A DNA stretch of 52,382 bases, counting the filler, from Bipalium vagum (Eukaryota), in assembly GCA_037834085.1 (NCBI GenBank). It is 3 parts of 3 records of this genome, joined end to end, with 100 filler letters (N's around TTAATTAATTAA, not from the genome) between each part and the next. Parts side by side here need not be neighbours in the genome. Positions count along the whole stretch, not along the records: positions 36,150 to 52,382 come from JBBMKC010121268.1; 2 more parts are not named here. The stretch is one strand, 5' to 3'. Of the stretch, positions 36,360-48,949 are shown one piece after another (positions within the stretch are counted from its first letter, which is position 1; every line of letters begins with the position of its first letter). Made by a program: the position numbers and the translations under genes. The notes under the pieces were generated by a model that was given only the letters and a program-made list of their open reading frames with translations, had not been told where the DNA came from and did not search any database.

Positions 36360-37602
36360 ATGTTTTTCCCAATGGTTTCGACTTTATCACTGCCATCTCA
36401 GGCGAGATTTATATTTTCCTCCCAAAAATCAGAAAATATCATTGACAAAAACAGAGCTCTCTCAATGGTAATTGACAAAGACAAAAACCCAAATACCCAG
36501 GTTTTCATTTCACTACCCCAATCTGCCAATCTAAGATTTATCGAAATTGTCAATTTTTTCCCAATTTTCCACAAGGCAAATTACTCGGTGACTGTCTGAG
36601 GCATGTTGACAGAAATTAAAATTTCAGAACACTGTTCAATATATATTGTCAAAATATTAATCTTTCTCAATGAAAACGGAACGATATATATTTTTTACTC
36701 ACACTAGATGGTGTTGAGAAAATTTTTGGAAAATTACAGCAGAAAAATCGATAATTTTGTTGATTAAAGATAACATGTGTGGGCAAAATACGGAATAATG
36801 AGCCCAATGGTGGGTCACTGCCAGATTGATTCTTTCCAAGAGAACAGTCTGCTCACCTCTACCAAGCATTGCAATTCGCACAACCACGCTCACATACACA
36901 GACGCACAAACAAAAAAAAACACACACACAGTAGAGCGCGTTCCACAAAAATAGACACCCACACACCCACTCACACACACCAGTACACCGTGCCTTCGAG
37001 CCATGACAACAGTGCAACAAGTTGCAAAATACAATACCAGATAGTGCCGATAAGGAAAGGTTATACACGTTTTCTTTGCGTGTAGATTTTCCCCAAACAA
37101 TCACTATTGCAACAACGACAAAATGTGGTGGTAGTCATACAATGTTCCCGGTAATCAGTCCGACCCGAGAGATACCTTTTCCTGCTCTCATTTTCCTGAG
37201 ACGTGCAGCGACAATCGACAGATTTCCTGTGTCACCAACACGATAACATTTCGTGTTGGTTTCTGTTGCTGTGTTGTGCTCACATTTTATTTGCCAAATG
37301 TGCAAATGTGATACAAAGCACAGTGTGCTCAGGTCACAAGATAGTCTAACCTGACTATCCTGAACAGGAGACTCCAATCTATCAACAGAAACACTGTTGA
37401 TTTGTGATATCCCCTTTGTCAGTTTGCCATTGGCAACAATGTAACAGCATTGTGTTCCATATTAAATAGGGGATAGATTTCCTGTAACCAATTCACATTG
37501 GGAGATTCAGTATTGTTTTGTGTGAAAAATTATCATTTTTTTTTCAATTCCACATTAATCGATAAATCGTCATTCCTGTTTTTGTATTTGAATCCGGTAG
37601 AA
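36360..37602 (+). promoter_or_regulatory. Probable promoter/5' UTR region of the RREB1-like gene
   Basis: Non-coding, no recognisable TE, GC-elevated, CA-rich block directly upstream of ATG 37603, with 8 TGACA/TGTCA motifs. TSS not determined. Confidence 0.45.
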
Positions 37603-40600
37603 ATGCCATCAAGAAGAAAACAAGTCAGACCCATTAAAGGTATTATTGTTTATGTATATTGGTATTGGGTTTCCATTACAGAATTTTATTGTCCATATCA
37701 TGGATATTGATGTGATAACAATAATTGATTTAGCATCATGCCAATCGATGGATATCATTCCCAGCCAAAACCAGTATTTGTTACCCAATGATAAGCCCGT
37801 GTTATCATGTTGGGAAGAATCGTCCAAATTGCCCGAACCAACTTTTCTGGAAAGTAACGAGGAACCACCCAAAGATTCCAACCTGTCCACCTTTGATGAC
37901 AATGGTGATGTTGAACAAGATTCTTGTAATTTACCGATCGAAACTTTGATCGAACCCATCGATCGGAATTGTGAAAATATAAATAATATTCAAAGTACTA
38001 TGGAAAAGACAATTGATGAAATTTCCAAGAAAATGAACAAAGATGAAGCAAAGGTGACTTTTGGAAAAGTTTCTTTCATGTATTATATAAAAAATCAATA
38101 TTGAATGGAAAGAAATCCTACGCGGTTATTAAACTTCATGATAATTTTCCATTTAGATTTTGCCCTTTCAATCAAGCGGTGGAGTCGATTTTTTTAAGTG
38201 TCCCTTGTGTGAACAGTCGTACATTTGCGGACGGGAAAGTCTAACGGTCCATCTACAGGAACATCAGAATAAAATGAAACGAGACGACGGGAAACATCTC
38301 TGCTGTCTGTGTTCGAAAGAACTGAGTTCCAATAGCTCTCTGGAAAGACATTTGTTAACTCATTCAAGTTGATGATTTTCACGTGAAAGGACGTAGATGT
38401 TGAATTTGTTTATTTTTCCAGATCATCGCCCGTTTAGCTGTTTAATGTGTGACAAAAAGTTTACAACTAACGGAAACTTGAGTCGTCATATCAAAACATC
38501 TCACAACAATAACGAAACAATTGAATCGAGTATTGATGAAGTACTGAAGAAACATCAAATAGAACCTGAAAATCGAGCATCTTTTACACCTCCTGGCAGC
38601 AAATCAGGAAAATGTAAAAAACCATTCAAAATGACTCGTAAAGATTTCAAAACGACACCAGACATCATGAAACCGGAACCGAAAGCAAACGATTCAGTTC
38701 CTGTTCAACCTTGTTCGAGAATGGAGGAACAAATTGTACCGGAACCGATATTCAAAGCCATCTTTCCTGCCAATACCATTTTCCCACCCTTGTTATCGTT
38801 GAACATCAAAGAACTATCTTTTCTAAAACCCCACCAGTCAGAAAAGTTCAGTCTCCTTCCCACAAATTCCATTTCTCTTTTAACCAATATGACCCAAAAG
38901 ATTGATGATAATAAGCCAAACCAGCTTCCATTTAAAATAGTAAATTTAGAATATATTAATAAATCTTAAGTTGTAACGTATGAAATGTCCGATTACACAA
39001 TGAACAATAAAATCAATAAAATCAATAGGACCAATAAAATAAAACAATCACCATTGAATTCTACACATTTTTGCTACCTTCATCATTAATTTGATAAGGT
39101 TGTTTAAATTCAGATATTTCATGTATTACAGCTTAATACTATTAATTAATTAATTAATTAATTATTAATAAAATAGAAACGTGGTCAAATGAAATCTCAG
39201 TCGTTAAAGACACAATGGAAGACGAAAAAATATTTGGACAAGTTGTCTTTGCATTTACAGAGATTGAGAAAAGGAAAAAGTGAGTTGTAGACCATTGGGT
39301 TTTGTTTGTAAAAAAGCAATGAAATTATTTTCTTAGGAAATGTCTCAACTTCAAAGGTCAAATGTTGGAAATGCTCCCAGATATATCTGCAACGGGAAAA
39401 CATTGTCAGTCATATTAGGTAATTTGTCCGTATAAAATTGCATTCATTTCTATTGAAAAAAAATGGTCTCTGAAAACATAGGGAAACTTGAAAAAAAAAC
39501 GTTTATGTAAATATCAACAGAAAATATTGATTGTATAAATTCAATTACCAAACATTTGTTGAAATTTCATTGAAAATGTTATTGAAAAAATTTCCTAATA
39601 ATAATTAAAAATTTTCTGAATTTTTTTTCGCTAAGCTCATGTCCAAATATAAAAAATAAATTATGAAAAATTATCCTTTTAGCGCAAAACTGTCGTCTGA
39701 GCCAATGAGATGTCACGTCCATTAGGATAACGATAATTGATTATCATTATTTATTTTCACCATAATCATTGAAATAACGCAAGTAATTTCCGTTTTTCCG
39801 CCCGTGTCTTTATTATTTTATATTTGGCTTTGAATGACGCAGCTTTCAGATCAAGTTAAGTTAGAATGAATTCCAAAAATTGAATTCATTGAATAATATT
39901 TTATGATATTCTATTTTTGACATTATTTATTATTAATTATTTAATAATCAAGAAGTCATGTCATGAAGAAACGTTGACGAAAAGGAGAAGGGCGTGTAAT
40001 ATAAAAAATATATTGCTAAAATCACAAAAGTTTATAATAATGAATCATTTTAAACAAATCAGTAACATTAATAATAAAAGTAATAATAATAATAATAAAT
40101 AATAATAAATAATTATTTTTATAATTATTAGCAATAATTTTATTATAGAATATTTTATAAATTTACAATCGAAATAAAGTTTAGTGAATATAGTTAAAAT
40201 TACAATTAATTTCATTATGATTGTTCCCTTAATATGTTTAAATCAATAATAAATAATTAAAAGTGTGTTAAATTTTAAAAAGCCGAAGAAATTTCAGCTT
40301 CCAAAATATTAACTGCTCAATTTTTATGAGTTTTGGTGAAAAAAACTGGTAGAATTTCCCCTGTCTAATTCCTGAGAAATCATGTCTGCATGTCACAATT
40401 TACAGGGAAACCTCCAACTTCGAAGTCAGTCAGGGTCGTGATTGAATTTCCAAGTTTGAGTTGTGATACGAGACCTTGAACGGGAAGTGTATCACCATTA
40501 AACAGCTTTTGTCAGTTACATTTGGAATTGAGTATTGGCGCCAAATTATCAACGAGTCCTAAATTGACGCCAGGACCATACAGGCCATACCATGACATTG

Positions 40601-43600
40601 GTGATACGTCATTCAAGAAACCAAGAGGAAAGAAATTAATTTTTTGGGAAAGACTTAAAAGACTTGTTATAAAAATGAACAAGATCTCTTTAAGTGAACC
40701 ACGTCTTGTTAAGAATCTGCATAGAAAAGAAGGGAAAACATTTTTCTAGAAAATTTGATAACCATATCAAGCAGATCAAGCAGATCTGACAGATCACACA
40801 GATCACACAGATCAAACAGATCACACAGATCAAACGTGTCATATTACATTATCCATGCCTGTCGACCATTATCCCTTTCCTCACAACTGTGAACTCATAA
40901 TCAATAACAAAATCATTCGGTCCATGTACAAATCCCCCAACATTAATTTAACATAATTGTGTTTCAATTGAGAAAGTTCTGCACGGATTCCGTAGTTTAC
41001 GACGACTAAAAGCAGTTGATAATGTCCAGTGAAAAAGCTGAAGTATGTTTGAATTGGTTTTTCAACAGTAAAAATGACAAAGGCAAATGGGATTGTTTAT
41101 CAATACACAGGTATACAAATGGCAAGCAAATCAATCAAAACTGAATATGAGTTAATATCCAAACACGAACCATTTCACTGAATGTCAATGGGAAATAAAG
41201 GGAAAATAATATATATATATATATTTATATTTATATAAATGAAATTAATCATTAAAGAGAAAAATTGGAGTAGGCTCCAATAATCAATACGTTATTAAAT
41301 GTAAAACAAACTATTTTTGGTTTTTCACTTGGTTGAAATTGCGATAATGGTCTTGAGACTTGTGGTTCACACGATCCGGGAATTCTGTTCTTCTCTTTGG
41401 TTTTCAAAGTATATTTATTATTGGGGAATAAAATAAAATAATATAATATTTTTTCTCGTTGCCCTTCGTTTTTCCAATCTCCTTCTGTTCGCTCAACCAA
41501 AATACCATTTGCAGTCCGAGAGAAAATCGATTGATTTAAGTATCAGGCCTTTGCAAATTGGTATGTTTTGATAAAAGAAAGAAAATGTTAAGCAAAGATT
41601 AACCATGAATACCAAAGGTCGACTGTGTTTTTCAAGAGGCAGATTAACATTTAATTACTTGAGGAAATATGGTCAAATCAGAGATATTGCTTTCAAGATT
41701 TGCTTATTATTGAATTAATATTTCTTGTTAAATAATAAGCATTGAATGGGGAATTTTTCTTTTTTTAAAATTAATAATAATATTAAAATAATAAAAATAA
41801 GAATAAAAAAATAAAATAATTATAATAAAAAAATAATATAAAATAAAAATATTAAAAAAATATATAAACAAAAATAAAAATAAATAATAAATAAAAATAA
41901 TCAATAAAGATTAAAAATTATTATTATAATATTAATGATAATAATAAATAATAATAAAAATAAAAATAATAAAAAAATCAAATAATAATAAAAAAATGAT
42001 ACTAATAAAAATTAATAAAAATACAATAAAAAAAAATAAAAATAATTATTATAATTATTATTATTATATAATTATTAATAATTATTATAAAAATAAAAAA
42101 ATACATTATAAAAAAAATACAAAGATGATTATTATAATATTAATAATAATAATAAAAATAAAAATAGTAAAAATTTTTTTATAATAATAATAATAAAAAT
42201 TTATTGAAATTAATTNNNNNNNNNNNNNNNNNNNNNNNNNNNNNNNNNNNNNNNNNNNNNNNNNNNNNNNNNNNNNNNNNNNNNNNNNNNNNNNNNNNNN
42301 NNNNNNNNNNNNNNNNNNNNNNNNNNNNNNNNNNNNNNNNNNNNNNNNNNNNNNNNNNNNNNNNNNNNNNNNNNNNNNNNNNNNNNNNNNNNNNNNTAAT
42401 TGTTTTCAAAACCAAATATCTGTATTATTTATAGAGCAGAATATTTAATCCCATCATGTGAAGCGTTCAAAATTAATCGTAATGAAAATATTAAATTAAT
42501 AAAATTCAAAAATTAATTTATTTAACCGATGTTTTTAAAGAAAAATTACAATTTCAATTATTCAGGTCTTATTATTGTAAAATAAAATAATTTAATTAAA
42601 ATCATTAAAATCACTATTGTTTTAATTGTTTTAATAAGGACCAATAATTAATTCATTGGATTTGATTGTGTCATAATTTCTGATTCGATTTTTAATTTTT
42701 AATTTACATTTTGAGATTTTTGAAGCCAAGTAATTTTTTAATAGCAAAAATTAATGGAATTCTGCCGGGATTACTGAATTTACAATGTTGAAAGCAAAAC
42801 GTGACTTAAATTTATTAAATAATTATTGAAAAATGTTTTTCCACTAGATTTTCTATCATTATATAAAAATAATTTATATTGGTTGTCTAAGCCTTAAAAA
42901 AATATATTATTGTTTAATACTTTCTACCAAGGTCTGTGAAGTGACAGAAAATAGTATAACCACCACTCCCTTTATGTTTATGGTTCATATTGTACAAAGT
43001 TTATATTATTGAATTTGCAAGATGGTCACGGTCCCATGGCATTTTTCTTCTTATAGAAAATTAATTACAACCAGATGTTACACAAGGATCTCTCTATCTA
43101 ATCTTATTCGTTATGAAAACTATGACTTGGAATTAAAATAATTTTAATTATTCATTTTAAATAACAAAGAATATAAAACAATGAAAAATTATTTCTTTTT
43201 AGTTAATAATTTTCATAAATATAATTAATAAAATAATAAAAGCACAAAATAAAGAAATTATATTTTACAATCTTAAAATAAACGTTATTCTCTTGAAATG
43301 ATTAAATGTTATTAAATCAATTTTTAAATGTTTTTTTCTTATATTTATTGATTTTTTATTAAAAATTATTAATATAAAATTAAGGAATAAAATATTCTTT
43401 ATAAATATTTTTTATGAATTGTTAAAATTTGTTTTAATTCAGAAATTAAATTCAGAAATAAAATAAAAAGTTAATGAAAAAGTTCAATGTCTTTTTTCAA
43501 GGTGAAGCTAAATAATATTATTCTATTAACTTGTCTAAAGCCAATTAAGAATGAATGAATTAATTTTTTACATTTTCCTATATTGAATATTTAAACATTT

Positions 43601-46600
43601 ACAATGAAATGTTACTATGTAATCGCGTAATATTTAAATGTATACTTTGTTATTTAGTTTTAATTTAAACAAAAAAAATAAACATTATTCTTATTACTTT
43701 AAACAGTAAGTAATTTAACACAGAAGAGTTAACCGATTCACAAAATTTCGTTTTCTGTATTTTTCTTAAATTCTTTTTTGATAATAAAATTGTAAGGATT
43801 AAAATTCAACATTCAAATAAAATAAAAGATAATCATGCAGCTTAGGTCACTTCATTATTTTTTGTTTAAGTATAATTGTTTTCATAAATATACAATTGAT
43901 TTTGTAACTGAGCAAAAATTAGTTATTTTCTAAAAAGTAATTCTTAATTCTTAATGGATAATTATCAGCAATTTTTCGGAATTTTTGTAATTTAATTATA
44001 AAAAATATTAAATAATTAATTAAAAGTAATATTTAAACAAAAAATAATTTGGTGACCTAAAATGCATATTTACCAAATAAACATTACACAAAATCATTAA
44101 AAAATTTTGTGAACTTATTTTCGGATTTTATTTGATATAGCTGCAGCATTTTGCTTTTTGTTTTAAATGAATAATTTAATCTGAAAGTAAGAGTAATTTT
44201 TAGCTCTACTTTCGTAATTATATATTGTATATTATTTAAAATTTAACGAAAGTTGTCTCTACTAATGTCGGATTGCTCATATAAAGCGCTCTGCTAATGT
44301 AAAAAATCACTCTGTAAGTCTGGATTCTACACAAAATTTGTATAAAGTAATAAATATTAAATTCATAAGTCTTAAATTAACCTCGACAAAAGAGCTGCAG
44401 TGATATCGAAGTTCAACCAATAAGATATCAAATTTGAGAATATGAAAACCAATCATTAACAATTAGAAATTTTTAAAAAATCATCTGCAATCTGAATTCC
44501 TTGGTAAAAAGATTTTCTACTGTACATTATAAGATATTATAATCACATTATATTACCAGTTGTATCAAGACCGAACAAATAAACTTGTGGTCGATCAATT
44601 TTATGTGAAAATATAAATATACTTATTCTTATTTTAAAATTACATATTATTCAATTACATTGTTAGCATCCAAGTGTTCCTATTTGATTTTTGGTCACAT
44701 TTACGTGAAATTGCTTTAAGAATGTGAAATCTCAAAAGAGTTCAATATTTATTAGAATAAAATAATTTTTATTATTTATCAAAAGATTTAAACAAATAAA
44801 AAATGTTTAACAAGAATATTTGAGAATATTTGATAGGTCAAATATTTTCAGGAAATGTTATTCGAAAAAGTCTACAGAGCCAAAGTATTGCTTGTTCAAA
44901 ATTTGTTGCCGAAAATTTTATTCCAAAAAACATCTGATTAATCATATCAAAATCATCCATAACGTTCCTTCTTCCTCTAAACCCCCACAAAATTCATCAA
45001 ACAATGAGCCATTGAATCTCAGCATGAAATCTGCAAAATTCGCTGGCTCTCTCGGAATGCCGTTGCCGCCGTTCATCTCACCAAATACAAACGGTAAAAC
45101 TGTAGATAGTTTTGAAAAGATAAACATTTGTTCCAATTACAATTCCTCTGTGAACGCTGATTCCATCAGTACTATGGCAGATTTTTCGACGAATAGTTTG
45201 CCGTGGAACTTTCAGAAATTAATATTTCCTCAAGCTTTGGGTAGTAATTCTCCACTGACCACGTTTTCCACAAAAAACCAGTTTATATCTTCATCGTCGT
45301 TCATTGCAACAACCTCTTTATCATTACCAAACTCTTTAAAAGCCGATCTGGAAAATTTCAATAAAGCTGATTTTAACGAGACAGGCACTCTGAGCCAGTT
45401 ATCAACCAGTTTCAACATCCACAATAAAGTCAACAGTTTGACCATAAGAAGCTGCTCAAATACAACCACCATTTCCACAAACAGTTGCAGCGGGGGATCG
45501 AGTGTCACAACAATTTCGAACAGCAATGATTTCAGTGCTCTCAGTCCTCACACCGAACCTTATAAATTAAAATTTAACCTGGGAATAAAAAAGAAAAACT
45601 CATATAAAGATGCTCCAAAGCTGATAACATGTCCTATGGAAGGGTGCGTACAGAAATTTCCATGGAATAGCTCTCTAATGAGACACATCCTTACCCACAC
45701 CGGTAAAATATATTATTTATTTATTTATAAATATTTTGTTACACTCACCAAACTTTAAACGGAATCAAAATATAATTATTGAATTTTCAACCTTAACATG
45801 TTAAAGAAACTCTTCAATCTAAAGATATTCTACTTAAAATTTTATTTATTTCAGTTTCATCGTTTTTCTCACATTTTAATATTTAGATAAAAAATCCACG
45901 GTTCACTTCTTTGTTAACTTAGTAATTGCACTATTGCTTTTTTTGCTTAGTAATATATTTTTAATTTCTTGAAAAGACGTCACAGAAACCACTCAATAAG
46001 TTTTATATATTTGTAATAAAAAATATTCATAAAATTGTTCGGTCATAGTAACGAGATTTGACTGTATTACGAAAGCAAACAGCAAATAGTCAACACTTCC
46101 CAAGTCGTATCCCAAAAATAAAACGTCATTTAGCTAATGGCCTCCAATTAATTATTTCACGATAGAATAAAAATAATAAAGATAATCAATAATTAAAGTA
46201 AATAATAATCAATTAATTGAAAATAAAAAAATAATAAAATTTTCTCAGACTTTTATCTTATCCAGTTAGTAAATCGAAAAGAATGCCTTATCCTAATACT
46301 ATTTATCGATTGAGCTCAACGGAATCCTGGTGCATATTTGAAGATCTGGAACTTATAGTCCTAATCAATTGGTTTCCACTAACTTTCGAGATAATAATAC
46401 ATTCAAAATCAGAATGTTCGATATTCCAAATCAAACCTTTCAATTTAATCAAAATTTTAATCTTCTCTTTTCCGATGTCTTCATTTTACTTTTTTATGGC
46501 CTACGTTGACCAATCAGAGCTCTCTCAGTATTGAGAGATCATTTTTCAGATCACATTTGATCGAAAAGATGCTGCTTTTATGATTAAATGGCCATAAATA

Positions 46601-48372
46601 GAACATTCTGCGCATCCTAGTGACTAATTATTTTCAAAATCATGGAACCTTGATTAAAGATATTTAATTTTTTTACAATAATTGTGATCTATTAATACCA
46701 GGAAAAACCCAATATAATTAGCGTCTCATAAAACTCTTTATTGTTTCTTTATAAGTCTGATCAAGCCAATGTCATAGGTGTACACAAAAACTTGTTCTTT
46801 TCAGAATAAAATAATTGATTTTAGGAAAACAAAACCAGATTAATCAAACATTAAGACATTGTTTTAGAAAAACTAAAAGAGAGAGAGTATTTACAAATAT
46901 GGAGTCTATGAAATTTGATATTTGCACTTATATAAAGTCTAATAATAATAATCAGCTTGTCAATTGGAGCGATATCCATGTAAAAATAGAGAAAACATTA
47001 GCACCATTCAATTACTTTATGCTATGATAATTCACGATCTCACTCTGTGCACATGACACCAATCGTGATTAGGGGAGTTTAGTTGGACTTTGACTAGACA
47101 TTTTTTTATATTACTGACTTATCAGTTCCTGGTCTTAGGTCACTTTTTGGTCTAAGAGACACTTTGTGAGTAAAGATTTGATTCCTGTGGTTTTCTAGAC
47201 CACTAAGCGCTTCGAAACATTTGTCTTTGAGAGCAGAGGTTTTCTAATGACAGTTCTTCCGTGGAATCCAGATTTGTGCTGCCCCCGACGAACAGTTGTC
47301 GTGAAAACTGGGTTCTGTCGGTGGTTATTGAGATCAGCATTGTTTTTAGGAGCTTTGGTCTTTTGATTATTTCTGAAAATTCAATTTAGAGTCTGACAGT
47401 CTCTTTTATAAAACTTTCGGCCACAACCGTACATTACTGGGGATGCTTTTTCTATTCTTTGAAAGGTGATCATTAGTTTTGAGACAGTACCTTTTGAAAT
47501 GCCAAGCATTCGGGTGGTTTCTGTTGCAGTAGTGACTGCAATACGAGCAGTAACAATTTGCCATCTTTGAAAGTCTGATTGGTCTGGTATTTTCATGAAC
47601 TATAATCCACTTTTTTTTAATATCTGTAAAAATTCAATTATTTTTTTAATAATAATAATAATATTATTATTATTATTAAAATATGTCTAGTTTTGATTCT
47701 TTAAAGCATTTTCAAGATTAAGATTCAAAATGTTAGGTGTTTCCATCATTTTGTGCAACCCCTGTATCTTACCTTTTGTCATCATAATTGTAGATTCATT
47801 TAATTAATTATTAATTATTATTATGAAAGCTGTGAAGATATCATCTTTTGAATAATATTTTTATTTGAAGTTGACTTTGTAAAAATATTAAATTATATTT
47901 AGCTCACAAACCTTTTAAATGTACAAGATGCACTAAATGTTTCTCAACAAAATCCAATCGTGAGAGGCACATGACCAGAGTCCACGGTGTTCGAATCAAC
48001 CGGTCGAAGTTTAGATCTCTTCAGGGTACTAAAGCATGCTTAGAAGATTCCTCGAAAGCAAACGATGAAGCCGGAGATTCGGAAAATGGAAATTTGATTG
48101 ATGAAACAATTTTCCAAATTGAAAAAGACATGAACATCACAGAACTGAGTGAAGAAGAGTGGATAATAATGGATAATAACGACAGGCGGGCTGAAGATAT
48201 AAGCAATAACCTACTTAAACTGGCCGGCCAGCCACACGTGGAACCGAACCCCGTTCGCCTTAATAACTGCCAATTATCATTGCTAGACAAATCCTTATCC
48301 CCGAAATCAGAATATTCACCCAAACTCATTCAGCAATCCAAAGAACGATTTTATATAGATAACAGTTGTTAG
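37603..48372 (+). CDS. rreb1: RREB1/Hindsight (pebbled)-like C2H2 zinc-finger transcription factor, about 855 aa, 8 exons, 7 fingers
   Basis: Exons 37603-37639, 37734-38053, 38157-38367, 38422-38939, 39201-39279, 39337-39418, 44852-45702 and 47903-48372; all GT-AG, in phase, 2568 nt. Diagnostic fingers CSKELSSNSSLERHLLTHS-NHRPFSCLMCDKKFTTNGNLSRH and [38 protein letters not shown] match RREB1/Hnt fingers (SSASSLDRH, FTTNGNMHRH, FPWASSLQRH, FSTKSNCERH). An N gap in intron 6 could hide further exons. Confidence 0.9.
40766..40835. repeat. 9-bp minisatellite, about 8 units (ATCAVRCAG-like) in RREB1 intron 6
   Basis: atcaagcag atcaagcag atctgacag atcacacag atcacacag atcaaacag atcacacag atcaaac. 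Confidence 0.95.
42216..42396. other. Assembly gap inside RREB1 intron 6
   Basis: Run of N, preceded by low-complexity A/T sequence 41765-42215. Confidence 0.98.
43835..44067. mobile_element. MITE-like foldback element (about 230 bp)
   Basis: About 45-bp imperfect inverted repeats: ATGCAGCTTAGGTCACTTCATTATTTTTTGTTTAAG versus rc ATGCATTTTAGGTCACCAAATTATTTTTTGTTTAAA. Confidence 0.65.
47170..47764 (-). mobile_element. Tc1 element 5' remnant in RREB1 intron 7
   Basis: TA-CAGGGGTTGCACAAAATGATGGAAACACC terminus; DQSDFQRWQIVTAR...LGISKGTVSKLM...CGRK...TVRR..HKSGFHGRTVIRKPLLS. Confidence 0.9.
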
Positions 48373-48949
48373 ATCATTGTTTCATTTCTGTGGTTTGGGG
48401 ATGCTTATAAAAATGATTTTTTACTAGGGTTTTGGATTAAAATGAAAATTTGACTGCATTTTTGTTATTAAACTTGCACTTTTTTTTATTGAAAATTTGA
48501 TTTTTGTAAAGATCAAAATCAATGGCTCATACAAAGGGTACCTTTAATAACTTTCTTTCTGATTCTCATATGATATTTTCAAAATTATTAAAACAACAAT
48601 AATTGTCTAACCCCAGTGATATAAAACCCAAACAATCACAAATATATAAAAGTTTTAATTATTGTATAATGTAGACAAATATCTTATTGGACATTTCAAA
48701 AGGGAAAATGTGAGGAAAGCTTCACTACCTTTCTTCACCCCAGGATTTTGGGTAAATCAATCAAAGATTTTGATGATTTTAGGTTTTTATCGGTGTTCTA
48801 TTTCCATTTCTTTGGTTATTTTTCGGACATCATCATTAATAAAAATAAGCTTTTTCCAAAATGTTAAAGCTTTATTATTTAAAAATTTATCGAATAGAAT
48901 TTTATTGATAAATAAATAAACACCAATGGTTTTAAACAATAGGTAACTT

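Noticed and set aside
36699-37377. Several overlapping 70-130 aa ORFs
   Set aside because: By-products of CA/TG-rich composition; no domain or splice support.
40918-40924. Hindsight-type YGGWCCA site in RREB1 intron
   Set aside because: The same heptamer occurs in TE and coding sequence elsewhere in the window; no enrichment.
41765-42215. Extreme A/T low-complexity tract with Ile/Asn/Lys ORFs
   Set aside because: Degenerate AAT repeat next to a gap, probably low-quality sequence.
44942-45526. Antisense ORFs over RREB1 exon 7 (similarly 2920-3171, 18591-18878, 19227-19463, 34524-34801, 37609-37959, 48021-48329)
   Set aside because: Shadows of real coding exons.
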